A stretch of DNA of 64,000 bases from an uncultured Clostridia bacterium (GTDB lineage Bacteria > Bacillota_I > Bacilli_A > RF39 > UBA660), in assembly GCA_945871105.1 (NCBI GenBank), contig CAMBUO010000001.1, forward strand, positions 59,120 to 123,119. The letters are read 5' to 3'. Within the stretch, counting starts at the first letter, position 1; the number at the start of each line of letters is the position of its first letter. Positions 1 to 9,058 of this stretch are shown here, in pieces. The translations under genes were made by a program, and so were the position numbers. The notes under the pieces are model-generated. The model searched no databases. It saw only the letters and a list, made by a program, of their open reading frames with translations, and had not been told where the DNA came from.

Positions 1-1277
1 CAAACAACTAAAATACGATAATTCTCTTGATAATCTTTAATTAAAGAATAATCACGATTTGTGTTTTTCATAACATATTCATAAGCACCTATATAATAAC
101 TAGCATCATCTTTAATACTTACAGCTGAAAATTTTCTTTCTGATGAAAAAGTAATTTTATCGATTATTTCATATTTATTTTTATCAGGATATTTTTCTTT
201 TAAAGCTTTGAAAGTTGATGATTCATCATCTAAAGTATTAACTAATTTATTAATAATTGAACCAAACTCAGATTTATTATAATTATTATTTGGAATAATA
301 TCATATACTTTCATATTACCAGTTGTAATTGTACCAGTTTTATCTAAACATATAACATTTACTCTTGATAAGGTTTCAATGCAATATAGTTGTTGAACTA
401 AAACTTTTTGTTTACTTAAACGAATAACGGAAACAGCCATAACGGAACTTGTTAATAATACTAATCCATTAGGAATCATCCCAATTAAAGCAGCTACCGT
501 ATTAATAATAGAATCACCTATACCACTACCTATTACTAAATATTGATTTAAAAATAAAGCAGCTCCTAAAGGAATGATAATAAGTGATAATATCTGAACA
601 ATCATTTTAAATGATTCCAAAATAACAGAAGTATTTTCTTTAATATATTTAGCTTCACTTGATATTTTATTAACATAATTATCATTACCAACATGAATAA
701 CCTGACAAGTTGCATTACCAGATATAATAAAACTACCTGATAACAAAGTATCTCCTTCTCTTTTTAAAATAGTATTTGATTCACCAGTAATAAACGATTC
801 ATTCACTTCAACATTACCTTGACGAATAATACAATCAGTTAAAACCTGATTACCAGTTTTTAAAATAAGGATATCATCAAGAACTATTTTATCCATTTCA
901 ATCGTTATTTCTTTAGAATCACGTCTTACTAAAGCTTTACTACTAGCAATAACTGATAATTTATCAACTGTTTTTTTAGAAATAATTTCTTGAATAGTAC
1001 TAATAACTGTATTCCAAAAGATTACTCCTACAAATAAACAGTTTTTTAAAGAGTACATTAATTGATTACTAATAATACCAGCAAAGATAACTGCACCACA
1101 AAGAAAAATATTTAAAAAGTTAAAATAAGTTAGAACATTACTTTTAATAATTTCTGAGATACTTTTAGTAACTGGTTGATTATTATAATTAACTTTTTCT
1201 TCTTTAATTCTTTGATTAACTTCATTACTAGTTAAACCACTATTTAAATCAATTTTATTTTTTAATTCTTCTTTCAT
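1..1277 (-). CDS. P-type cation-transporting ATPase, N-terminal part (gene runs off the left edge of the window)
   Basis: Minus-strand ORF starting at ATG (complement of 1275-1277) behind a GAAGG RBS. It contains the phosphorylation motif CLDKTGTITTG (DKTGT), and the N-terminus resembles the cation_ATPase_N domain. It lies in the gap left of the first ORF in the track. Confidence 0.8.
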   Translation of the reverse strand, partial: MKEELKNKIDLNSGLTSNEVNQRIKEEKVNYNNQPVTKSISEIIKSNVLTYFNFLNIFLCGAVIFAGIISNQLMYSLKNCLFVGVIFWNTVISTIQEIISKKTVDKLSVIASSKALVRRDSKEITIEMDKIVLDDILILKTGNQVLTDCIIRQGNVEVNESFITGESNTILKREGDTLLSGSFIISGNATCQVIHVGNDNYVNKISSEAKYIKENTSVILESFKMIVQILSLIIIPLGAALFLNQYLVIGSGIGDSIINTVAALIGMIPNGLVLLTSSVMAVSVIRLSKQKVLVQQLYCIETLSRVNVICLDKTGTITTGNMKVYDIIPNNNYNKSEFGSIINKLVNTLDDESSTFKALKEKYPDKNKYEIIDKITFSSERKFSAVSIKDDASYYIGAYEYVMKNTNRDYSLIKDYQENYRILVV

Positions 1278-1280
1278 ATT

Positions 1281-2675
1281 TTACCTTCTTTTTATTATTT
1301 TTTTAAATAAAGTATTTATTAAACTTTTATTTAGATAATATGTATAAATAAAAGCTATTAATAAAGAAATTATAGATAAGAATATATTCTTAGTATAGTA
1401 AATACCTGTTACTAGGAAAAGAATTAATAAACTTAAGGGTAAATATTTATCTTGATCTAAGATAATATATTTTTTTAATTTATAATTACGATAGAAAAAG
1501 ATTACAATATAACTTATTAAAGTACCTAGAATAGGTGCATATAATCCAATATATTTTATTAAACTAAAACCTATTAGTAAATTAATAATAGTTGCTACAA
1601 TAGTAGTTTTAGCTAATATCTTAGTATCTTTATAAGCTGAGAAGATACCACTAGAAAAATTAGATAAATTAGAAAAATAAACTGATATAATCATAAGTGG
1701 TATATAGTAATAAGCTTCTCGATAAGCATTTTTTACTAGAATATTAAAGATAAAAGGTAAAATAGCTATTAATAAAATTGATACACAGATTAAGAAATGT
1801 CTTAAATTAAGATAAACACTATTATAAAATTCATCTTTATCATCTTTGTTAACTACTTTAGAAGCTGATTCTTTCCAAGAAATATTGAAGTAACTATAAC
1901 AAGTATTAATAATAGTTGGAAAACGATTACCAACAGAATAAACACCATTTTTAGCACTTCCTAAAACATTAGTAATTAATAATCTATCTGTTAAAGCTAT
2001 AGCATTCCAAGAGATACTATTTGGTACTAATGGAAAAGAATACTTAATCATTTCTTTAATTTTTTTCTTGTTTAATCCTTTAAATTTAATTAATTTAGGC
2101 ATACCTATTTTAAATATTAACCAAAGAGAAACTAAACTATTAGCAATTATATATGATAAGAATAAACTAGATAATCCCATTTTTAAAACAGCTATAAATA
2201 AGATATTTAGTAATATATTAAAGAAACTTGAAAAGAAACAAAAAACAGAATAGATTTTAAATTTTCCTAGGCCTCTAGAACAAGATCCGGCTAAAGATGA
2301 TAAAATACTAGCTAAGATATAAAAGATTAAATAAATAGTAAACGGATACTTGATAATTGAACCAACAATAAGAATCAAAAGACTCCAAATAAAATAACTA
2401 ATTAAAGAAAAAACTGTAGTTATCGAAAATACTTCTCCTTTATCTTTATCAGTTTTAGCATCAATTAAAAAACGAAACATCCCCTCTTCCATTAATAACG
2501 TAACACAAGGAATTAAAAAGATAGAAATCGTATTTAATAAGTCATACTGACCATATTCACTTGTTGTTAAAAGAGTGGTATATAAAGGCAAAAGCAAAAA
2601 ACTAACTAATTGGGTTGAAAATTTACCAATTGATATAATTAAAGTATTTTTTATTAATTCTTTTTTTTGATTCAT
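1281..2675 (-). CDS. Polytopic MOP/Wzx-type polysaccharide or oligosaccharide flippase family protein
   Basis: 464 aa, about 12-14 hydrophobic helices, basic N-terminus, AGGA RBS. The overall architecture matches the Wzx/MurJ/SpoVB superfamily. Confidence 0.5.
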   Translation of the reverse strand: MNQKKELIKNTLIISIGKFSTQLVSFLLLPLYTTLLTTSEYGQYDLLNTISIFLIPCVTLLMEEGMFRFLIDAKTDKDKGEVFSITTVFSLISYFIWSLLILIVGSIIKYPFTIYLIFYILASILSSLAGSCSRGLGKFKIYSVFCFFSSFFNILLNILFIAVLKMGLSSLFLSYIIANSLVSLWLIFKIGMPKLIKFKGLNKKKIKEMIKYSFPLVPNSISWNAIALTDRLLITNVLGSAKNGVYSVGNRFPTIINTCYSYFNISWKESASKVVNKDDKDEFYNSVYLNLRHFLICVSILLIAILPFIFNILVKNAYREAYYYIPLMIISVYFSNLSNFSSGIFSAYKDTKILAKTTIVATIINLLIGFSLIKYIGLYAPILGTLISYIVIFFYRNYKLKKYIILDQDKYLPLSLLILFLVTGIYYTKNIFLSIISLLIAFIYTYYLNKSLINTLFKKIIKRR

Positions 2676-2866
2676 GATATTATCCTTTCTAAGTAATTAT
2701 AACATTATTTAGGTAATTAGTAAATGAGAAAATATTTTTTAAATCTATTAATAAAAAATAACTACTACAAATAATAATTGTAATAAGTTATTCATATTTT
2801 ATTTAATATACTCTACACTTTTCTAAAAATATTAGATAATAAATAAAATAACTTGACAATATTTTT

Positions 2867-3211
2867 TTATCGGATAATTATAGATTCAAAATATTTTTCT
2901 TGAAACTCAGTTAATGCTCTTATTTCATCATCTGAATAATCTTTACCGTCTTTAGAAACAATTAACTTATCATCATCATCATTTATTCTATGTATTATAG
3001 CTATTACTTTGCCAACACTTGAAGAAACAGGTTCAACTTCTCCAAGTAAATAAGCATCTAATTCTTCTCCATCACCACTTAATGTATTAGGAATAAATCC
3101 ATAGTTTAGCATATATATAAATCCATGTTTAGGGTGTCTAGATCCTAATTGTCTATCAATTTTTATATTTACTTCTTTTCCTAAATAATCATTAACACTT
3201 GTATTTTCCAT
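2867..3211 (-). CDS. Short inorganic-pyrophosphatase-like protein (family I PPase fold, truncated paralog)
   Basis: Contains HPKHGFIYMLNYGFIPNTLSGDGEELDAYLLG, to be compared with the canonical YPxNYGFIxxTLxxDGDPxDxLV of family I PPases. The true ppa at 59150-59659 carries DGDPVDILV. This protein has only 114 aa and lacks the first ~40 residues of a PPase. AAAGGAG RBS. Confidence 0.5.
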   Translation of the reverse strand: MENTSVNDYLGKEVNIKIDRQLGSRHPKHGFIYMLNYGFIPNTLSGDGEELDAYLLGEVEPVSSSVGKVIAIIHRINDDDDKLIVSKDGKDYSDDEIRALTEFQEKYFESIIIR

Positions 3212-3380
3212 TTTTAACTCCTTTTAATTTAATTTATTATAATGTTTATCCTTATTGTTTTGTATATTTCTTTTTATTTCTATTTTTATCTGATACATCA
3301 AAATATTTTGTGTTATCTCTTTATTTTGCTTCAAGTGTTATACAACTAATTTCTAATAAAATAAAAGATAATTTTTTGTC

Positions 3381-3409
3381 TTGAATTTATAAATATTTAT
3401 TAGTATAAT
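3381..3409 (+). promoter_or_regulatory. Sigma-A type promoter (TTGAAT-17-TATAAT) for the small peptide gene
   Basis: TTGAAT at 3381-3386, 17-nt spacer, TATAAT at 3404-3409. Confidence 0.5.
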
Positions 3410-3424
3410 GATAGTGAGGTGTAT

Positions 3425-3511
3425 ATGAAAAAGAAAACAACTAAAATAATTACTATTGGTTTATTAATAATTATGGTAGCTGCATTTATTTGTGGACTAA
3501 TTTATATGTAA
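3425..3511 (+). CDS. Small hydrophobic peptide (28 aa, MKKKTTKIITIGLLIIMVAAFICGLIYM), single predicted TM helix
   Basis: ATG at 3425 lies 4 nt after GTGAGGTG (3414-3421). The peptide has a basic N-terminus followed by a hydrophobic stretch, ends at TAA 3509-3511, and is followed directly by a hairpin terminator. The gene is not in the ORF track because it is too short. Confidence 0.4.
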   Translation: MKKKTTKIITIGLLIIMVAAFICGLIYM

Positions 3512-3513
3512 AA

Positions 3514-3540
3514 AAACTTCGTTTGAAGTTTTTTTATTTG
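3514..3540. terminator. Bidirectional intrinsic terminator shared by the small peptide gene (+) and mscL (-)
   Basis: AAACTTC-GTT-GAAGTTT hairpin flanked by A-run and T-run. The mscL stop codon at 3534-3536 abuts it. Confidence 0.6.
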
Positions 3541-3914
3541 TCTTTTAATAAATCTCTTATTTCTTCTAGTAGTTTAATATCATCTGGTTTTTTAGGTTCT
3601 TCTTTCTTTTCTTCTTTCTTCTTACTTAATTTATTGAATATTTTTACAACAATGAAAATAGTTAGAGCAACAATTAGAAAATCAACAATATTTTGGATAA
3701 ATGATCCAACCATAATACTGGCATTTCCAACAGTTACCTTAATTCCTTCAAAGTGAATTCCTCCGATAATCACACCAACAAGTGGCATGATAATATCATC
3801 AACTAAACTTGAGACAATTTTATTAAAAGCATTTCCAATGACAACAGCAATAGCTAAATCTAAAACATTTCCTTTAGCAATAAATTTTTTAAATTCTTCT
3901 AAAAATTTTTTCAT
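3534..3914 (-). CDS. mscL: Large-conductance mechanosensitive channel
   Basis: [47 protein letters not shown] is the canonical MscL N-terminus, and the protein has two TM helices. Confidence 0.9.
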   Translation of the reverse strand: MKKFLEEFKKFIAKGNVLDLAIAVVIGNAFNKIVSSLVDDIIMPLVGVIIGGIHFEGIKVTVGNASIMVGSFIQNIVDFLIVALTIFIVVKIFNKLSKKKEEKKEEPKKPDDIKLLEEIRDLLKDK

Positions 3915-3922
3915 CTTTTCTC

Positions 3923-4549
3923 CTACTTAGTTCCAAAAATACGATCACCGGCATCACCTAGACCTGGAACAATATAACCTATATCATTTAACTTTTCATC
4001 TAACTTAGCAACATAAATGCTAACATCTGGGTGATCTTCTTGAATCTTTTTAATTCCAACAGGAGCTGCAATCACACATAAAAATTTTATTTTTTTAACT
4101 CCTCGCTTCTTTAACATCGTAATAGCAGCTGAACCTGACCCGCCAGTTGCTAGCATTGGATCTAAAACAATTACAGTTTTATCTTCAATATGTTTTGGTA
4201 ATTTGCAATAATACTCAACAGGTTCTAAAGTTTCTTCATTACGATATAAGCCAATATGACCTATTTTAGCATTTGGCATTAAAGTTAAAACACCATCAAC
4301 CATACCAAGACCTGCTCTTAAAATAGGCACAAAAGCATAATCATTTTCATCAATTATATGTCCCTTTGTTTTAGTAATAGGTGTTTCTACCTCAATTTCT
4401 TTTAAAGGAGCATCTTTTAAAGCTTCTAAACAAAGAATAGTTGCAATTTCACTTATTAATTCTCGAAATTCCTTTGTACTAGTCGTTTTACTCCTTAAAA
4501 TCGATATCTTATGTTCTATCATCGGATGATTTAAAATTATTTCTTTCAT
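3923..4549 (-). CDS. upp: Uracil phosphoribosyltransferase
   Basis: UPRTase family sequence (…[10 protein letters not shown]…, [12 protein letters not shown]-binding loop). Start taken at the internal ATG ([10 protein letters not shown]) preceded by GGAGGAAC. Confidence 0.9.
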   Translation of the reverse strand: MKEIILNHPMIEHKISILRSKTTSTKEFRELISEIATILCLEALKDAPLKEIEVETPITKTKGHIIDENDYAFVPILRAGLGMVDGVLTLMPNAKIGHIGLYRNEETLEPVEYYCKLPKHIEDKTVIVLDPMLATGGSGSAAITMLKKRGVKKIKFLCVIAAPVGIKKIQEDHPDVSIYVAKLDEKLNDIGYIVPGLGDAGDRIFGTK

Positions 4550-4598
4550 AGTTCCTCCAATCAAAAAAATAGTACCACAAAATGGTACTATTTGTAAA

Positions 4599-5510
4599 CT
4601 AAATTTGCATAATAAATGTCAAAAAAGATATATTTTGTAAACACTTATTACTTTTAATATCTTCATCTAAAATAGCTAAATTATATAGCATATTTAATAA
4701 TTCTTTTTGGGAATAATTATAACCTTTATTTCTAGCTAATTTAACAGGATATTCATGAACTTCTAATAAATTACTAATTTCAGAATCACTTAATCGATTT
4801 AAAACTTTAACATTATAAATTAATCTAATTTGATTGGCTAACATAATCATAATTTGAATAATCTCTGTTCCACTACTAAGAAAATGTTCATATAATTCAT
4901 AAACTTTTTTCTTATCTTTTTTAACAATAGAATCAATTAAATCAAAGATACTCGATTCAATATTTCTATTACTTACTAAATCAATATCTTCTTTCGTAAT
5001 AATCTTTTTATCTACTTTATATAATTTTAATTTTTCTAACTCTGATTCAATTATATTATAGTTTTGGCCTACTTTATTTAAAAAGTATTGAATGGTACTT
5101 TTATTCATTTTATAATTTTCTAAATTATTTTCTATAAAAGTACTATAATCTATATTTTTAATTGTAATTATTTTAAATACTTTTTTTATTTCTGTTACTA
5201 GTTTTAAACGATTATTTAATTTATTAACTACTAGTATTAAGATATTATCACTAGGGTTATTAATGTATTTTAATAATTTATCTTCTTTAAAATCTGTTTT
5301 TTCGATTAAGAATAAAGGATTATAACCAATAATAACTTTTTGTTTTAAAAACATATCATAAGTATCTAAATCTTCAATTATTTTATTAAATTCTATTTCA
5401 TTTAAATCATATTTAATTAATTCATAGTTAGTTAATTTATTTATTATTTTATCGATTTCTTTTTGAATTAAAACAGGATTTTCTCCTTCGATTAATATTA
5501 ATTTATCCAT
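4599..5510 (-). CDS. holA: DNA polymerase III delta subunit
   Basis: 303 aa with holA-like N-terminal domain organisation. It overlaps the alaS stop by 8 nt. Confidence 0.55.
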   Translation of the reverse strand: MDKLILIEGENPVLIQKEIDKIINKLTNYELIKYDLNEIEFNKIIEDLDTYDMFLKQKVIIGYNPLFLIEKTDFKEDKLLKYINNPSDNILILVVNKLNNRLKLVTEIKKVFKIITIKNIDYSTFIENNLENYKMNKSTIQYFLNKVGQNYNIIESELEKLKLYKVDKKIITKEDIDLVSNRNIESSIFDLIDSIVKKDKKKVYELYEHFLSSGTEIIQIMIMLANQIRLIYNVKVLNRLSDSEISNLLEVHEYPVKLARNKGYNYSQKELLNMLYNLAILDEDIKSNKCLQNISFLTFIMQI

Positions 5511-8190
5511 TTAAGATACCATTTTTAACTGTTTCAAGAGATTCATCTAATTTATTAATATCTTTTCCAGCACCTCTAGCAAATTTATTAGATCCTCCCC
5601 CATTACCTCCTGTTAATTTAGTTATATCTTTAATAATTTTACCAGCATCAATTAAAGAATTACTACGAGCTATAAAGTTGATATTTTCTTGATTTATATT
5701 AGCAAATAAGATAAACATATTCGGATATTTATTAACTAAAGTATCAGCTATATTTTTTAAAGTATCATTATCTTCATTATCAATTTTCATGATTAAAAGA
5801 TTTAAGTCTTTTTCTTTTAAAATATTCTTTTCATATTTTGATAAATCATTAATACTTAATTCACTCTTTAATTTTAAGTATTTCTTTTCTAATTCATGAA
5901 CTGAGTTAGCTACATAATTATCTTTATTTTTTAAATTTATAATATCTTGGTAAGAACTAGGTTTAATATTATCAAGAGTTAAATCAAGGGTTAAAGTTAT
6001 TCCTTCTTCTTTAGCTTTTTTTATTAATTCTTTTGCTTTCATGATATTTTTAATAATATTTTGATTATAAGGATTAGCTATGGTTAATAAATTTTCTTCT
6101 ACTTTATCTTTGGTAGCTCCAGTTATTCTAAATGTGTTACTTCCTTTATTTTCTAAAGAAATAATAGCAAATTTTTTGATATCTTTCGTATTTTTAACAT
6201 GACAGCCTCCACATAATTCTTTGGATTTACCAATTTCTACTAATCGTACTTTATCTTTGTATTTATCAGCAAATAAAGCCATTACTTCATTTGTATCAAT
6301 ATCACTTAAATTTTTAATAGTTGTTTCTCTTTGGTAACTATTTTTAATATAATCATTAACAAAGTTTTCTACTTTTACTAAAGTTTCATCAGTTATTTTT
6401 CCATGATAATTAAAATCAAATCTTAAATAAGTATCTGTTACTTTTGAACCTACTTGATAGATATCTTTAGCAATTAAGGTTTGTAGAGCAAGTTGTAAGA
6501 TATGAACAGTTGAATGATTGGCTTCTATGTTTAATCTTCTTTCTTTATCAACTATTGATTCTACTTTATCATCTAATTTAATAGTTCCATGTAATACTTT
6601 AATTTTATGAAGATGTTGACCATTTGGAGCTTTAAAAACATCTAAAACTTTCGCTTTAAAATTATCACCTTGAATGATTCCAGTATCACTTATCTCTCCA
6701 CCTGATTCAGCATAGAAACAAGTTTTATCAAGAACAACTATTCCTTCTTCATCTAAACTATCAACAAATTTATCATTTTTAATAAGAGCAATTACTTCAC
6801 CTTTTTGTTCATATACTTCATAAATAAATTCTGATTCATCTTTATAATTTAAAAGCATTTCATTTTGACTTTTAAAAGATTCTATTTGTTTTTGGTTATT
6901 CTTCGACAATTCTTTTTGTTCTTGCATACATTTTAAGAATTCTTCTTTATCTGTGGTGTAACCTTTTTCAGCAAGTATTTCTAAAGTAAGTTCAAAAGGA
7001 AAACCATAAGTATCATATAATTTAAATACATCATTTCCTTTAATTTTATTATCAAGTGATTCATCCATTAATTCTAGTAATTTCTTTTCTCCTTTATCAA
7101 GCGTTTTTAAAAATAAATCTTCTTCTTGCATGATAAGAGCTTTCACATGAGCTTGTTTATTTAATAGATAAGGATAAACATCTTTCATATTTAAAACTAC
7201 TGAATCAACTAGTTTATACATAAATTTTCCTTTTAAGCCTAGTTTTTTACCATAACGAACACTTCTTCTTAAAAGTCGTCTTAAAATATAACCACGACCA
7301 ACATTATCAAAATTAGCTCCATCAGCAAGGGCAAAAGTTAAAGAACGAACATGATCAGCAATAACTTTATAAGGCATAGAACCATCATATAAAGTTCCAC
7401 TTAATTCTTCAACCATCTTAATAGTTGGCATGAATAAGTCGGTATCAAAGTTACTATCAGCATCTTGAAAAATACAAGCCCATCTTTCAAGTCCTGCCCC
7501 AGTATCAATATTTTTACTTGGTAATTCTTGATAGTCTTTTCGATCAATACCTTCTTTAGAGTTAAATTGACTAAAAACATTATTCCAAATTTCTACATAA
7601 CGTTCATTATCTTCACCTTTTTGAAAATGTTCTAAGGCCTTGCCATCAAAGTCATATTTTTCCCCACGATCAAAGAAAATTTCCGTATCAGGACCACATG
7701 GACCTTCCCCTATTTCCCAGAAATTATCTTCAAGTTTAGTAATATGATCTTCTGGTACGCCTAAACTTACCCATTTATTATAAGTATCTTTATCTTCAGG
7801 ATAAACCGTAAAATAAAGTTTATCAATTGGAATATTAAACCATTTAGGACTTGTTAAAAGTTCAAAAGCAAATTCAATCGCTTCATTTTTAAAATAATCA
7901 CCAATGGAAAAGTTTCCCATCATTTCGAAGAAAGTATGATGACGACGGGTTACTCCAACATTTTCAATATCATTAGTACGAATACACTTTTGTATATTTG
8001 TAACTCTTCTATTATCGGGAACAACTGATCCATCAAAATATTTTTTTAAAGGTGTAACTCCAGCATTAATCCAAAGCAAAGAATCATCATCTTTCGGTAT
8101 TAATGGTGCACTTTCTACTACTTTATGACCTTTACTTTGAAAGAAGTCAAGCCACATTTTTCTAATTTCTAAACTAGTCATTTTTTTCAT
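5503..8190 (-). CDS. alaS: Alanine--tRNA ligase
   Basis: Class II aaRS motifs (FFQSKGHKVVESAPLIP…DDSLLWINAGV), C-terminal editing and C-Ala domains, about 895 aa. The first M in the track is a TTG, so the start was taken at ATG 8188-8190. Confidence 0.95.
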   Translation of the reverse strand: MKKMTSLEIRKMWLDFFQSKGHKVVESAPLIPKDDDSLLWINAGVTPLKKYFDGSVVPDNRRVTNIQKCIRTNDIENVGVTRRHHTFFEMMGNFSIGDYFKNEAIEFAFELLTSPKWFNIPIDKLYFTVYPEDKDTYNKWVSLGVPEDHITKLEDNFWEIGEGPCGPDTEIFFDRGEKYDFDGKALEHFQKGEDNERYVEIWNNVFSQFNSKEGIDRKDYQELPSKNIDTGAGLERWACIFQDADSNFDTDLFMPTIKMVEELSGTLYDGSMPYKVIADHVRSLTFALADGANFDNVGRGYILRRLLRRSVRYGKKLGLKGKFMYKLVDSVVLNMKDVYPYLLNKQAHVKALIMQEEDLFLKTLDKGEKKLLELMDESLDNKIKGNDVFKLYDTYGFPFELTLEILAEKGYTTDKEEFLKCMQEQKELSKNNQKQIESFKSQNEMLLNYKDESEFIYEVYEQKGEVIALIKNDKFVDSLDEEGIVVLDKTCFYAESGGEISDTGIIQGDNFKAKVLDVFKAPNGQHLHKIKVLHGTIKLDDKVESIVDKERRLNIEANHSTVHILQLALQTLIAKDIYQVGSKVTDTYLRFDFNYHGKITDETLVKVENFVNDYIKNSYQRETTIKNLSDIDTNEVMALFADKYKDKVRLVEIGKSKELCGGCHVKNTKDIKKFAIISLENKGSNTFRITGATKDKVEENLLTIANPYNQNIIKNIMKAKELIKKAKEEGITLTLDLTLDNIKPSSYQDIINLKNKDNYVANSVHELEKKYLKLKSELSINDLSKYEKNILKEKDLNLLIMKIDNEDNDTLKNIADTLVNKYPNMFILFANINQENINFIARSNSLIDAGKIIKDITKLTGGNGGGSNKFARGAGKDINKLDESLETVKNGILNG

Positions 8191-8737
8191 TGTTATCAAT
8201 CCTTTCTAATATGTTTTTTAATTCTTTAATATAACTATCTTTATCTTGATTATTTAAAAGAAAATAATCAGCCATCGCAATTGGTCCACCTTTAGCTAAA
8301 TTTTCAATTTCTGCTATATCTCTTTTATAAGCTTCTTCATTTGTTAAAGGGCGAATTTCTCGATTAGTTAAACGACTATAACGAAGGCTTCGATCAGCAA
8401 TAATAGCAATTAGAGTAAGTTTATCTTTTAATTCTTCTCGTAAGACAACTAACTCATCCCAAGAATACAAGCCATCTAAAACAACATTATAATCTTTACT
8501 ATATTCTTTAATTCTTGGTAATAATATTTTAGCATACGCCGCCATTCCTAATTCACTTCTTAATTTTTCCCGCATATACTTTTCATTTTCAGGGTTAATT
8601 TCCATACCATTTTCTTTTAATTTTTCCATGGTAACTCCCCCAAAATAAACCTTTTTATACCCAATACTTTCTAAATAATCACTAGCAACTGATTTACCAG
8701 ATCCACACATTCCAACAATAGCAATAATTTTATTCAT
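8174..8737 (-). CDS. P-loop NTPase, nucleotide/dephospho-CoA-kinase-like small kinase
   Basis: Walker A motif IAIVGMCGSGKS near the N-terminus, 187 aa. It overlaps the alaS start and is probably the first gene of the operon. AAAGGAGGAG RBS. Confidence 0.4.
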   Translation of the reverse strand: MNKIIAIVGMCGSGKSVASDYLESIGYKKVYFGGVTMEKLKENGMEINPENEKYMREKLRSELGMAAYAKILLPRIKEYSKDYNVVLDGLYSWDELVVLREELKDKLTLIAIIADRSLRYSRLTNREIRPLTNEEAYKRDIAEIENLAKGGPIAMADYFLLNNQDKDSYIKELKNILERIDNNEKND

Positions 8738-8741
8738 ACTC

Positions 8742-8960
8742 CTCCTTTAATAATAAAAGACCTAGGTAGGAGCGATTAACGCGTTACCATCCTACTTTGG
8801 TCTTAATTGTTATAACGGTATCCCGAAATCCTAAATAAGCAGCCTTTCATATTAAAATGTATTAAGTTCCACCACCCTTAACTCTCTAAAACATAATTAA
8901 TATTACTTCGAATATTTAATAGATTTTTTCAAAACAAGATTATTCTAACACAAATAAAAA
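8742..8960 (-). promoter_or_regulatory. Candidate T-box riboswitch leader (Ala specifier?) upstream of the kinase-alaS operon
   Basis: Minus-strand leader of about 200 nt. It contains GGAUGGUAACGCG, which matches the T-box core GGGUGGUACCGCG at 11 of 13 positions. This sits in the 5' arm of a long terminator hairpin (plus 8757-8805, AAGACC…GGTCTT outer pairs, GTAGGA/TCCTAC inner) that is followed by UUUUAUUAUU. An AGAGAG element and GCU triplets lie upstream. Confidence 0.35.
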
Positions 8961-9006
8961 GAAAAATCTATACTTTTTAAAAAAATGTCTAATTTAAGAA
9001 AAACAA

Positions 9007-9035
9007 TTGTTAAAAAAAATAATTTATATTATAAT
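9007..9035 (+). promoter_or_regulatory. Sigma-A type promoter (TTGTTA-17-TATAAT) for the plus-strand operon
   Basis: TTGTTA at 9007-9012, 17-nt spacer, TATAAT at 9030-9035. The RBS AGAAAGGAAAA precedes ATG 9059. Confidence 0.5.
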
Positions 9036-9058
9036 TTTATTATAGAAAGGAAAATAAT

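Noticed and set aside
2068-2253. Short ORFs on the opposite strand inside larger genes (2068-2253, 9812-9997, 12345-12545, 14049-14327, 16580-16822, 21743-22054, 28206-28415, 29712-29963, 41801-42004, 57188-57454, 57835-58176, 58756-58965, 62584-62904)
   Set aside because: All are embedded antisense to well-supported genes. In an AT-rich genome antisense frames are rarely stop-rich enough to exclude chance ORFs. They have no RBS or motif support.
3199-3756. ORFs 3199-3384 and 3490-3756 on the plus strand
   Set aside because: The first spans an intergenic leader with no RBS. The second lies antisense to mscL and reads through the terminator. The real small gene in this interval is the 28-aa ORF at 3425-3511.
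8181-8199. alaS start at the first M of the track (MITMKK…)
   Set aside because: That first codon is TTG and lies inside the upstream kinase gene. The ATG at 8188-8190 with an AGGA about 10 nt upstream is more plausible.
8870-8885. Second T-box-like sequence AGGGTGGTGGAAC near the 5' end of the alaS-operon leader
   Set aside because: It lies too far 5' to overlap the terminator and lacks the ACCGCG half. The GGATGGTAACGCG copy inside the terminator's 5' arm fits the T-box position better. Only one can be the antiterminator core.
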